IMG/VR virus record: IMGVR_UViG_3300023118_000004
Location: 1-39,875 of that record
Source of the DNA: a virus
Direction: 5' to 3' (one strand)
Length of the DNA stretch: 39,875 nt
Shown here in pieces: positions 24,437 through 31,454 of the stretch. A program made the translations under genes and the position numbers. The notes under the pieces are model-generated. The model was not told where the DNA came from. It searched no databases and worked only from the letters and a program-made list of their open reading frames with translations. How positions within the stretch are numbered: the first letter of the stretch is position 1; each line of letters begins with the position of its first letter.

Positions 24437-24640
24437 TTAAATAGCCATTATTTGTTTAATATCCTCGCCATGCAATAAACATAAAATCTCTTTGTAATTT
24501 GATCTCATTTTATATCTTATATTTAAAAAATAAACTATTTTGTTATCGATAATTTCAACAGAGGCTCCTTTTCTAATTGCTACATTGCTTTTTTTAATTG
24601 CTTCTGTAAACATTTTAACTTTTAGTTCTGATTTTGACAT
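24437..24640 (-). CDS. Hypothetical small protein
   Basis: 67 aa, the first gene after promoter element copy 2. Confidence 0.5.
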   Translation of the reverse strand: MSKSELKVKMFTEAIKKSNVAIRKGASVEIIDNKIVYFLNIRYKMRSNYKEILCLLHGEDIKQIMAI

Positions 24641-24670
24641 GATATTTATTTTTAGCGGTTAATACTTCAG

Positions 24671-24732
24671 CAAATTTACAACTATATTTTAAATAAATAA
24701 CGCTTTTATTAATTATTTTCAAAATTTAACAT
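24671..24732 (-). promoter_or_regulatory. Repeated promoter/operator element, copy 2
   Basis: The same 12-mer (ATGTTAAATTTT) and 20-mer (AATAAAAGCGTTATTTATTT) as copy 1, with the -7 box TAAATTTG 31 nt before the ATG at 24640. Confidence 0.5.
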
Positions 24733-24746
24733 TTCAGCATATCACT

Positions 24747-24773
24747 AAAAAAAGCCGAAGTGAATCGGCTTTT
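24747..24773 (-). terminator. Rho-independent terminator after the ACP gene
   Basis: GCCGA/TCGGC stem extended by A:T pairs, 6-nt loop, then T7 on the minus strand. Confidence 0.65.
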
Positions 24774-24795
24774 ATAATATTGGGTGTATTTAATG

Positions 24796-25035
24796 TTATA
24801 TTTTTTCTAGCATGGTGTAAATTTCTGAAACTAACCTAACATTATAAGCTTCATCATCTGATATACTAATGTCGAATTCTTTTTCAAATTCCATTACTAA
24901 TTCAACAGCGTCCAAGCTATCCATCCCTAAATCGTTAGATAGATTAGTTTCGTCTTGAACATCCTCGACATCAGCTCCTAACTTATCGGATATAATTTCT
25001 TTAATTTTTACTTTTACTTCTTCTGTTACATTCAT
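24796..25035 (-). CDS. Acyl carrier protein
   Basis: 79 aa, acidic, with the canonical phosphopantetheine attachment motif 'LGMDSLDAVELVMEFEKEF'. Confidence 0.9.
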   Translation of the reverse strand: MNVTEEVKVKIKEIISDKLGADVEDVQDETNLSNDLGMDSLDAVELVMEFEKEFDISISDDEAYNVRLVSEIYTMLEKI

Positions 25036-25057
25036 GATTATTTTTGTTTATTTATTA

Positions 25058-25285
25058 TTAATTCATTGTGTTTAATTTACTCGGAAAAATAAAACAATCC
25101 GTTTTACCTCCAAAATAAAGGACTCTATAGATTAAATCCTGTTGATGTATAGTAAAGTACTTTTTATTGTTTTCGATGCGTAATTTACCTATTATTCGTT
25201 CTTTCTTTACAACCATTAAAACCTGATTGTACATTACATTGCAACTCTCTGCGATCTGCATCATTGTTCTATCCGTCGCTTCCAT
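25058..25285 (-). CDS. Small putative HTH DNA-binding protein
   Basis: 75 aa. 'TMMQIAESCNVMYNQVLMVVKK' looks like a helix-turn-helix. Confidence 0.45.
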   Translation of the reverse strand: MEATDRTMMQIAESCNVMYNQVLMVVKKERIIGKLRIENNKKYFTIHQQDLIYRVLYFGGKTDCFIFPSKLNTMN

Positions 25286-25342
25286 CTGCCTCTACTGTTT
25301 CAGGGTCTATTACTTCGATGTTGTTGGGGTTTGTTTGCATGG

Positions 25343-25723
25343 CTAAAAAGGGAGATCATCGGGTTCGTCTGTATCATACGTTTGAGGTGGATCCTGATTT
25401 ATAGGAGCCTGATTCGTTGGATGATTTGAATGGTGTGTTTGCGGTGCGCTTCCTATTCTTTCAATTCTCCAACCTTGAATACTATTGAAATATCTGGTTT
25501 CTCCTTGTGGATTAACCCACTCACGACCACGTAAATTAATGCTTACTTTTACGCTTTCCCCAATTTGATAAGGGTCAACTAAATCGCATTTATCCTGAGC
25601 AAACTCAATTAAAATGTGTTGCGGATATTGTTCATCTGTTGTAACAACTAATTCCGACTTTTTAAAACTTGAAGAGACTTGAATATCTCCTGACTTGTAC
25701 TTTACTTTTCCTACTACTTCCAT
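25343..25723 (-). CDS. ssb: DUF3127-type single-stranded DNA-binding protein
   Basis: OB-like core '...EQYPQHILIEFAQDKCD...VSINLRGREW...' as in DUF3127, then a Pro/Gln linker and the acidic SSB-type tip 'DEPDDLPF'. Confidence 0.75.
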   Translation of the reverse strand: MEVVGKVKYKSGDIQVSSSFKKSELVVTTDEQYPQHILIEFAQDKCDLVDPYQIGESVKVSINLRGREWVNPQGETRYFNSIQGWRIERIGSAPQTHHSNHPTNQAPINQDPPQTYDTDEPDDLPF

Positions 25724-25726
25724 AAT

Positions 25727-26578
25727 TTATAAATTTAACATTGGTATTAATTCGTTTTCAATATATTTTCGAGAAGCCAAAACCATTTTCTCAGCTTTTT
25801 TAATGTAAGCTTCATCGTAACCAAACTCAAAAACTTTCTTTCTTAGTGAATCTGGCAAATTATCGTAACTAAGCATTTCAACTGCGATATCCCAATCTTC
25901 AATATCAGGTTCGTCTTTACCTAAATCTCTGGCAAGATCCCAAGAAAGTTTGTTTATTTGTTCTTCGCTACCATTTTCTAAGCAATAACACAAACTGCCT
26001 TTTTTTAGCCCTTTTAATTCCTGGTAAACTTGAATTTGACCGTAATAATTTTTATCCGGTTCTGTTTCAAAATAAGGGAATGTGAAACAATCAAAAGGCA
26101 CTTTTGCATCGATAACTATTTCGGGTGTATTAGTGTCATAAGTTCCGGTAAAGTATTCGTTTTCTAACTCATCATCATTTTTTAACAACTCAATTCCGTA
26201 ATGCTTACTGATTCTTTCAATGGCCTTTTTCTCCATTGCTTTACCTCTAGCAAGGTATTTAGACCTAATATCTTTTTTCTTGCCTGTAATCTCAGATATA
26301 AGCCATTCTTTGCAGTATGATTTTGCGCTTTCACTTAGTATTACTTCATCGACAATAGGTCTTAACCTTTCAATCTCTTTTTCATTCTCCGGAAACTTTT
26401 CATTTGCAATTTGCAATGCAGACTTACATTCTTTATTTTTAAAACTTTTTAGTCTTTCGTACAATGATTCTCTTCTTGATAAAGCATCATCGTACTGCTC
26501 TTTATATGATTTTCCTGTGTGATTAGTCATTAATAAGCCAATCTTTGACGCCCTGCACTTAAATGGTTTAATTTTCAT
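25727..26578 (-). CDS. YqaJ/lambda-Exo-like PD-(D/E)XK recombination exonuclease
   Basis: 283 aa. 'CRASKIGLLMT' resembles the YqaJ N-terminal motif, and 'VIDAKVP...YYGQIQVYQEL' resembles the D/E-K core. Confidence 0.55.
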   Translation of the reverse strand: MKIKPFKCRASKIGLLMTNHTGKSYKEQYDDALSRRESLYERLKSFKNKECKSALQIANEKFPENEKEIERLRPIVDEVILSESAKSYCKEWLISEITGKKKDIRSKYLARGKAMEKKAIERISKHYGIELLKNDDELENEYFTGTYDTNTPEIVIDAKVPFDCFTFPYFETEPDKNYYGQIQVYQELKGLKKGSLCYCLENGSEEQINKLSWDLARDLGKDEPDIEDWDIAVEMLSYDNLPDSLRKKVFEFGYDEAYIKKAEKMVLASRKYIENELIPMLNL

Positions 26579-27083
26579 CTTGTAAAGCTTTAAATTGTTC
26601 TTCTGTTAAATCGTATTTTTCTAGAATAGCTTCAATAGTGAATTTCTTTTCTTTGATAGCTTTTTTTGCTCCTGCTAAATCTTTTAATTCTACCAACGGC
26701 AAAACATCAATTGTCATTGGAACACGTTTGTTTTTTGAAGCCGTTACCAAAACACGTGTAGATTCTGGAATATGTGAAGCATGACTTATTCTAATTCCAC
26801 CTGTTTCTACTCCTGCCCATTTTACCGTATCATCACGGTAAATCGTTAATCTTCTGCCGTGAAATACTGAGCTTTCAGATCCCCATAATTGTACTAAAAC
26901 TCTACGCATTGATTTACACGGCTTAAACGGCTTGTTATTATCTCCGTAAAAGTAAATAGAAACTGGTTGCGCTTCATCTTCGCCTCCTTTGATGTTTCTA
27001 ATTTTAATTGTTTTTGATCCTGAAATTAAATCGTCTGCGTTTAATTGATCTGATTTCGGAATTATTGTTTTTGATAAGTCCAT
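26568..27083 (-). CDS. Conserved phage protein of unknown function, first gene of the recombination module
   Basis: 171 aa. 'IPKSDQLNADDL...KPCKSMRRVLVQLWG...GGIRISHASHI' is a pattern I recall from uncharacterised phage proteins. Confidence 0.5.
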   Translation of the reverse strand: MDLSKTIIPKSDQLNADDLISGSKTIKIRNIKGGEDEAQPVSIYFYGDNNKPFKPCKSMRRVLVQLWGSESSVFHGRRLTIYRDDTVKWAGVETGGIRISHASHIPESTRVLVTASKNKRVPMTIDVLPLVELKDLAGAKKAIKEKKFTIEAILEKYDLTEEQFKALQDEN

Positions 27084-27106
27084 AATATTTATTTTATTGG
27101 TTTAAA

Positions 27107-27280
27107 TTATTTTTGTTTTTCTATGAAATAATGCCATAGAATATATATTGTAATCGCTTCTAAAACAGCACCTGTCATGAGCCAAGTTAAGTTTATTTCG
27201 CTTAAAAAAATATGTACTAAGCTTATGCAGATAGCATTAATAAGCATTACTATAATTGTTCCTTTGAAGTAGTTTTTCAT
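27107..27280 (-). CDS. Small membrane protein (hand-called, 57 aa)
   Basis: MKNYFKGTIIVMLINAICISLVHIFLSEINLTWLMTGAVLEAITIYILWHYFIEKQK. Confidence 0.4.
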   Translation of the reverse strand: MKNYFKGTIIVMLINAICISLVHIFLSEINLTWLMTGAVLEAITIYILWHYFIEKQK

Positions 27281-27410
27281 AATTAAATTATTTTACTGAA
27301 TGAATAGGTTGTTGAAAAGAAGCCACGATTTTTACATGTGAGTGTCCAATTATCCTTATTCATTTTGGTTATTGTGTTTTTGATTCTCGATACCTTTCTG
27401 TACGGTATTT

Positions 27411-27866
27411 TTATATGGACTGTGATGTACATAATAATTCAGGGTTTTCGTGAATGTTGCCTATTATTTCAGTTCTGCCATGAGTTCCACATGAAATTGA
27501 ACAATGTGAATAATCATCGTATTTTTTACTATATATTTTTACTTCCCAAGAATTATCGTTAAATTCTACAACACCTGTTTCAGAAATATCAATTAAATAC
27601 TGCTCTAATGTTCTTGGGTCACTATCTGATTTTGAACTCCAATCTGTGTATAAAATGCGAATAATATCTCCCTCATAAATATCAATACCGCTTTTATCTT
27701 TTAATCCTGTGAATTGCATTAGACTGTCAAATATAAAACCATTGTCGTAAACAAATTGATGAATACTTTTTCCTAATTTAACTTCGCTGATTGATTGATC
27801 AAAATCGTAATACATTTTTTTAGTAATAGGATTATATGATCTAAACTTTATTTCTCTCATAATCAT
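27411..27866 (-). CDS. YopX-family protein
   Basis: 'REIKFRSY...', 'FTGLKDKSGIDIYEGDII' and the C-terminal 'IIGNIHENPELL' are YopX hallmarks. Confidence 0.8.
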   Translation of the reverse strand: MIMREIKFRSYNPITKKMYYDFDQSISEVKLGKSIHQFVYDNGFIFDSLMQFTGLKDKSGIDIYEGDIIRILYTDWSSKSDSDPRTLEQYLIDISETGVVEFNDNSWEVKIYSKKYDDYSHCSISCGTHGRTEIIGNIHENPELLCTSQSI

Positions 27867-28068
27867 ATTTATTTATCTGGTTAGTAATAATATTGTTTTT
27901 AAATACTTTTGCCTGTTGGTGTATTTCTTTGGCGTAGTGGGTTGTGGTCTGTATTGTTGTTATTGCGCCATTTTTAGACACTATAACAAATTTAAAAGAC
28001 TTTCTATACACTCGCTTTGATTTCTTTCGGATTTTCGTTCCGTAGTGCTTGAATAGTTTTGGATTCAT
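27841..28068 (-). CDS. Hypothetical basic protein
   Basis: 75-aa ORF. Confidence 0.5.
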   Translation of the reverse strand: MNPKLFKHYGTKIRKKSKRVYRKSFKFVIVSKNGAITTIQTTTHYAKEIHQQAKVFKNNIITNQINKYDYERNKV

Positions 28069-28238
28069 GGTTTCATGTTTATTATAAAACGAACTAGCAT
28101 AACTATTGCCCCGATAAGCGTAAACAAATATAAGCCAGAAGAAAAATATTTTTTTTTATTAAAATTAACCATGAATGCCCAAAATGACAATGCTCCGAAA
28201 CAATAAATAATAATTGTTATAATTATATGTTCTATCAT
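28065..28238 (-). CDS. Small membrane protein (hand-called, 57 aa)
   Basis: MIEHIIITIIIYCFGALSFWAFMVNFNKKKYFSSGLYLFTLIGAIVMLVRFIINMKP. ATGA overlap with the next gene. Confidence 0.4.
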   Translation of the reverse strand: MIEHIIITIIIYCFGALSFWAFMVNFNKKKYFSSGLYLFTLIGAIVMLVRFIINMKP

Positions 28239-28243
28239 AATAT

Positions 28244-28468
28244 TTAATTAAGTTGGTTAATATTATTATCAACAGCCTTAATAATCGCATTCACATTCGG
28301 CATCTTAACAGAATTGCTTTTATTCACGTAGTCGTTGAATTGGTTCTTTAATACATCTTCAATTGTTTGAACTTGGATAAAGTTATGTTTATTTCCGGAA
28401 TATTGGTTTTCTAATTTGAAAACATTAAAATCCCGTTGGCTGTTGGTTATTACTGCAATTGTTTTCAT
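28244..28468 (-). CDS. Hypothetical small protein
   Basis: 74-aa ORF with an ATGA overlap to the preceding reading frame. Confidence 0.5.
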   Translation of the reverse strand: MKTIAVITNSQRDFNVFKLENQYSGNKHNFIQVQTIEDVLKNQFNDYVNKSNSVKMPNVNAIIKAVDNNINQLN

Positions 28469-28644
28469 AATGAGAATTGGTTTACATAAAATTCATAATC
28501 ATTTTTGTTTTTTGGTTTATACGAATTTCCAGAAGTTTTTCTTTTATCCTTTACCAATACATAATATTCGTGTACCCAATGCTTTACGAATCCTAAAACA
28601 TCTACTCCAATATTAAAGTAAGTAATCGCTATAACTGTTTTCAT
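28465..28644 (-). CDS. Possible 59-aa ORF (MKTVIAIT.. / ..YFNIGVDVLGFVKHW...NQFSL); frame not fully resolved by hand
   Basis: A stop-free frame ends in an ATGA overlap with 28244-28468. My hand count puts the ATG one base out of frame, but that same count disagrees with the ORF-track coordinates of the neighbouring gene by 1 nt. Confidence 0.3.
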   Translation of the reverse strand: MKTVIAITYFNIGVDVLGFVKHWVHEYYVLVKDKRKTSGNSYKPKNKNDYEFYVNQFSL

Positions 28645-28648
28645 AATA

Positions 28649-28834
28649 TCACTTTGTTTTTTGGTTGTTAATAACTGGTTTATAATGTATTTTTTTTAGT
28701 CTAAATTCTGAAGCTAATTTTTTCTTAAAGTAAATTAGCATTCTATCCATTTTTTCTACTAATACAGGATCTATATTTCTTTTGTACTGAACGTGATGCA
28801 ATTGTTTTCTTCCCATAATTTTGTAATTAAGCAA
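28649..28834 (-). CDS. Hypothetical basic protein
   Basis: 61-aa ORF in the track, with a TTG start. An internal ATG (MGRKQ) at 28816 is an alternative start. Confidence 0.45.
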   Translation of the reverse strand: MLNYKIMGRKQLHHVQYKRNIDPVLVEKMDRMLIYFKKKLASEFRLKKIHYKPVINNQKTK

Positions 28835-29009
28835 ATACTAAATATCCTTGTTCACATTCTTTTAAGTCGATGCCTAGCTCATTTTTTACCTTTCTAATGC
28901 ATCTTGAATTATTAAAACATTTTGAAAGACCATTACTTTCTATTTCTTCTACGATAACTTCAGCAGATCTTCTTCTAATGTTTGCAATTATTGTTTTTGT
29001 ATCTTTCAT
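28827..29009 (-). CDS. Hypothetical small protein (first early gene)
   Basis: 60 aa, directly downstream of promoter element copy 3. Confidence 0.5.
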   Translation of the reverse strand: MKDTKTIIANIRRRSAEVIVEEIESNGLSKCFNNSRCIRKVKNELGIDLKECEQGYLVFA

Positions 29010-29040
29010 AATAAATTGTTTTTAGTGATTAATTCGACTA

Positions 29041-29093
29041 CAAATATAATGCTTTTATTTTGATAGTACCAAATATAATTTAAAATTTAACAT
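29041..29093 (-). promoter_or_regulatory. Repeated promoter/operator element, copy 3 (early promoter region)
   Basis: The minus strand has ATGTTAAATTTT, a degenerate AATAAAAGCATTAT box and two TATATTTG -7 boxes (29041-29048 and 29070-29077), upstream of the ATG at 29009. Confidence 0.5.
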
Positions 29094-29104
29094 ATTAAAA
29101 CAAC

Positions 29105-29132
29105 AAAACCGCTCCAATTAAGAAGCGGTTTT
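29105..29132 (-). terminator. Intrinsic terminator closing the late (tail-lysis) operon
   Basis: AAAACCGCT / AGCGGTTTT 9-bp stem with a 10-nt loop, followed by a T-rich tract on the minus strand. Confidence 0.65.
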
Positions 29133-29227
29133 GATAATCTGTGCGGAAAACCACCCCCGCGATAAACTCTAAAAAATCGTAATTATGAAAGAAAAACACC
29201 AAAAGTATTAATTCGTGGTAAAGATAA

Positions 29228-29785
29228 TTATAATTTAGGAACTAACGGCAGTTTTTTGTAAATACGGTAAAAAACGTAAATAATTCCAATAGGAATTAAA
29301 AACCAAAGTAAATTAAACGGACTGAATGCTTTTTTGTCTATCTGTTTTGAACTGTTTTCTTTTTTTGAATCTAATACTTGCCTAGCCGATTTTTGTTCTG
29401 TAATCGATTTCTTTTTCGATTCCTGCGATTCTGTATTCGATGCCGTAACAGTATTATTCTTTTGCGTTGTTTTACGAACAATCTTTTTTACGTTGTTCAA
29501 TATTACCTTTGTGCCGTCTTTTTCGATTACAAATGATTCTTTTGACGCGTCCTGCGGTGCGTATTCAGTTTCTTCAGTAACAGTTTCGTTTTTATCGTCA
29601 GTTTTTTCCGTTGTAGTTGTTTTAACATTGGTGTCGATAACCAATTCTGTTTTTGAATTATCTGTTACGGTCGATTTCGTTTCTTCTTTAGAAACGCTTT
29701 TTTGAACCTTGCGCGCGGAACATGAACACGTTGATACCATTAAAACGTATGCCAGGCAAAACCATATAATGTTTAGTTTTTTCAT
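29228..29785 (-). CDS. Unimolecular spanin-like protein (N-terminal lipoprotein signal plus C-terminal TM anchor)
   Basis: 'MKKLNIIWFCLAYVLMVSTCSC' is a lipobox-like signal. The middle is Thr/Lys/Glu-rich. The C-terminal TM is 'FNLLWFLIPIGIIYVFYRIY'. It is the last gene of the lysis cassette. Confidence 0.5.
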   Translation of the reverse strand: MKKLNIIWFCLAYVLMVSTCSCSARKVQKSVSKEETKSTVTDNSKTELVIDTNVKTTTTEKTDDKNETVTEETEYAPQDASKESFVIEKDGTKVILNNVKKIVRKTTQKNNTVTASNTESQESKKKSITEQKSARQVLDSKKENSSKQIDKKAFSPFNLLWFLIPIGIIYVFYRIYKKLPLVPKL

Positions 29786-30357
29786 TTGTTATAAGATTTA
29801 TATTTTTCATTGGCTTTTTTTAATGATTCGTTATAAGGTTCACGCCCCCATTTTTTAGCCATTTCTTTGTACTGAGATCCGTTATATATTGACGCTACAA
29901 TATGCCAGTTTTCTTCAACTAAAGCGCGTAGCAAATTATGATCTGTTTTTATGAACTTTATAACTAATTCTATTTGATTGTCGATTGATTCTTTTGAATA
30001 ATCCCACATTTCGCCAACGGTTTTAAAGCCAAGTCTTTTGTAGTGAAAACCCATTATTTGACCCAATCCTATAGATGTTGATTCCATTGCTGAATTAGGA
30101 TTTTTTTTGAATGCATCGTTAAAAGCAATCCATTCTCTTGACTGTACATCTACTTTGTTAATTGACCACGACCCAGAAGGAGTATAAGGCGCTAACCTTT
30201 TCATCCATATAGGTTCAAATTGAATCATCAGTTTACCCGTGTCAGAATCAAAGCCCTTTCCTCCTGTTTCAACTTCTACAAAAGAAAGTAATTGAGAAGG
30301 CTTTAGTCCTGCTGATTTTGCCTTACTGACAATTGTATTGATCAATATTTGTTTCAT
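29782..30357 (-). CDS. Endolysin (N-acetylmuramidase, PF11860/DUF3380-like)
   Basis: 'VEVETGGKGF...MIQFEPIWM' and 'IGLGQIMGFHYKRLGFKTVGEM' match the muramidase family pattern. Confidence 0.75.
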   Translation of the reverse strand: MKQILINTIVSKAKSAGLKPSQLLSFVEVETGGKGFDSDTGKLMIQFEPIWMKRLAPYTPSGSWSINKVDVQSREWIAFNDAFKKNPNSAMESTSIGLGQIMGFHYKRLGFKTVGEMWDYSKESIDNQIELVIKFIKTDHNLLRALVEENWHIVASIYNGSQYKEMAKKWGREPYNESLKKANEKYKSYNK

Positions 30358-30710
30358 TTCTTATTTTTTAAGTTCAATATAAAATCAAAAAAACTTTCAG
30401 TTGCTGCTGTCAAAAATATATCTACGTTTAGTTTGTATATTAAAAACTCTCCTATTTTATCCGAAAGTATCGCTATAATTGCAATTACAATTGAAACATT
30501 ATCAGGATCAAAATAACCACGAACCCAATCCGAACAAATATAAGCGCCACCTACACCGATAACCATCGATAAAAAAACATTTAATGCTGTTACTTTTGTT
30601 TTATTGCTTTTCATCTCTATAGCTATTTTAAGCCCAACCGCCAAAAAAGCAGGAAACAATATCTTAATAAAAAACTGATAAAATTCACTTGTTATTAATT
30701 TTTCCGGCAT
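30354..30710 (-). CDS. Holin-like membrane protein (about 3 TM)
   Basis: 118 aa with multiple hydrophobic helices, immediately upstream of the endolysin with an ATGA-type overlap. Confidence 0.55.
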   Translation of the reverse strand: MPEKLITSEFYQFFIKILFPAFLAVGLKIAIEMKSNKTKVTALNVFLSMVIGVGGAYICSDWVRGYFDPDNVSIVIAIIAILSDKIGEFLIYKLNVDIFLTAATESFFDFILNLKNKK

Positions 30711-31032
30711 TGTGTTTTTGGATTATAAGCCAAACAATTGGCAGGATTAGAGCTAAAATTATTTCGTTAAGACTTATTTTCGTATTGTCGAAAAATATCT
30801 CATCTAACAAATTGCTGAAAGATAAACAAATTAACAAAAAAGAAATTACATTTTTAACGGATAATATATAATTTAACACACATAAAAGAAAGATAAATAA
30901 TGCATTTCCAATATAAAAAACCGGAACACCAAACTTTTTAAGAATAATATTCCAGAATAGATATGTTGAAATCCCAACAATTAAAGCTATTATTTGAATT
31001 AATTTAACCACGGTCATTGGGTCTGTCTCCAA
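30685..31032 (-). CDS. Membrane protein (about 4 TM), lysis cassette
   Basis: 115 aa, strongly hydrophobic, overlapping both neighbours. Confidence 0.5.
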   Translation of the reverse strand: METDPMTVVKLIQIIALIVGISTYLFWNIILKKFGVPVFYIGNALFIFLLCVLNYILSVKNVISFLLICLSFSNLLDEIFFDNTKISLNEIILALILPIVWLIIQKHNAGKINNK

Positions 31033-31429
31033 CTATTGGTTCTTCCGGTGGCGGTGGATCGGTCACTAGCATTTGGATGTTGTCAGCAATATTTGTTTTT
31101 TTGTCAATAACATTGTTTATGTATTGTTTCCCTCTGCTGAATATTTTTTGAGCAATATAAGACCCGAAAAACCCCATTAATCCAAAAGTTGTACGTATAA
31201 AATCGATTATTTTAGGATATTTAGCGCCTACCTCCCCAAATATTAAAAACCAAAGGAATATCATTGCTATCGATACCGATATACCCAAAGCATCCTTATT
31301 CAAATAATCTTTTACAGTGAAGTTTATATTTGCTTTTTCGGCATCTACAATTAATGAATTTGCTTTTATGCAACAGTGTATAAAAACTCCTAAAAATCCG
31401 CAAGCGAATAAAATCAAAATATTTTCCAT
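31004..31429 (-). CDS. Membrane protein (about 3 TM) with a Pro-rich C-terminal tail
   Basis: 141 aa with TM helices and a 'DPPPPEEPIVGDRPNDRG' tail. It lies between the tail fibre and lysis genes. Confidence 0.5.
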   Translation of the reverse strand: MENILILFACGFLGVFIHCCIKANSLIVDAEKANINFTVKDYLNKDALGISVSIAMIFLWFLIFGEVGAKYPKIIDFIRTTFGLMGFFGSYIAQKIFSRGKQYINNVIDKKTNIADNIQMLVTDPPPPEEPIVGDRPNDRG

Positions 31430-31454
31430 ATTTATTTGTTTAATTGTTTATTAA

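Noticed and set aside
25272-25340. A 23-aa ORF (MQTNPNNIEVIDPETVEADGSDG) between the SSB and HTH genes.
   Set aside because: It is very short and overlaps the start of 25058-25285. There is no supporting signal.
28465-28681. An apparent frame break. By hand count, the ATG at about 28643 (MKTVIAIT) is one base out of frame with a 60-codon stop-free frame that ends in an ATGA overlap at 28465-28468. That frame also seemed to continue in-frame behind the TGA of the upstream gene, which suggested readthrough, frameshifting or a pseudogene.
   Set aside because: My hand count of this stretch places the stop of the neighbouring ORF at 28648-28650 and gives a premature stop in it. The computed ORF track has that ORF intact at 28649-28834. 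A single 1-nt counting slip on my side explains both anomalies and would make a normal 59-aa ORF at 28465-28644. I do not trust the anomaly without software translation.
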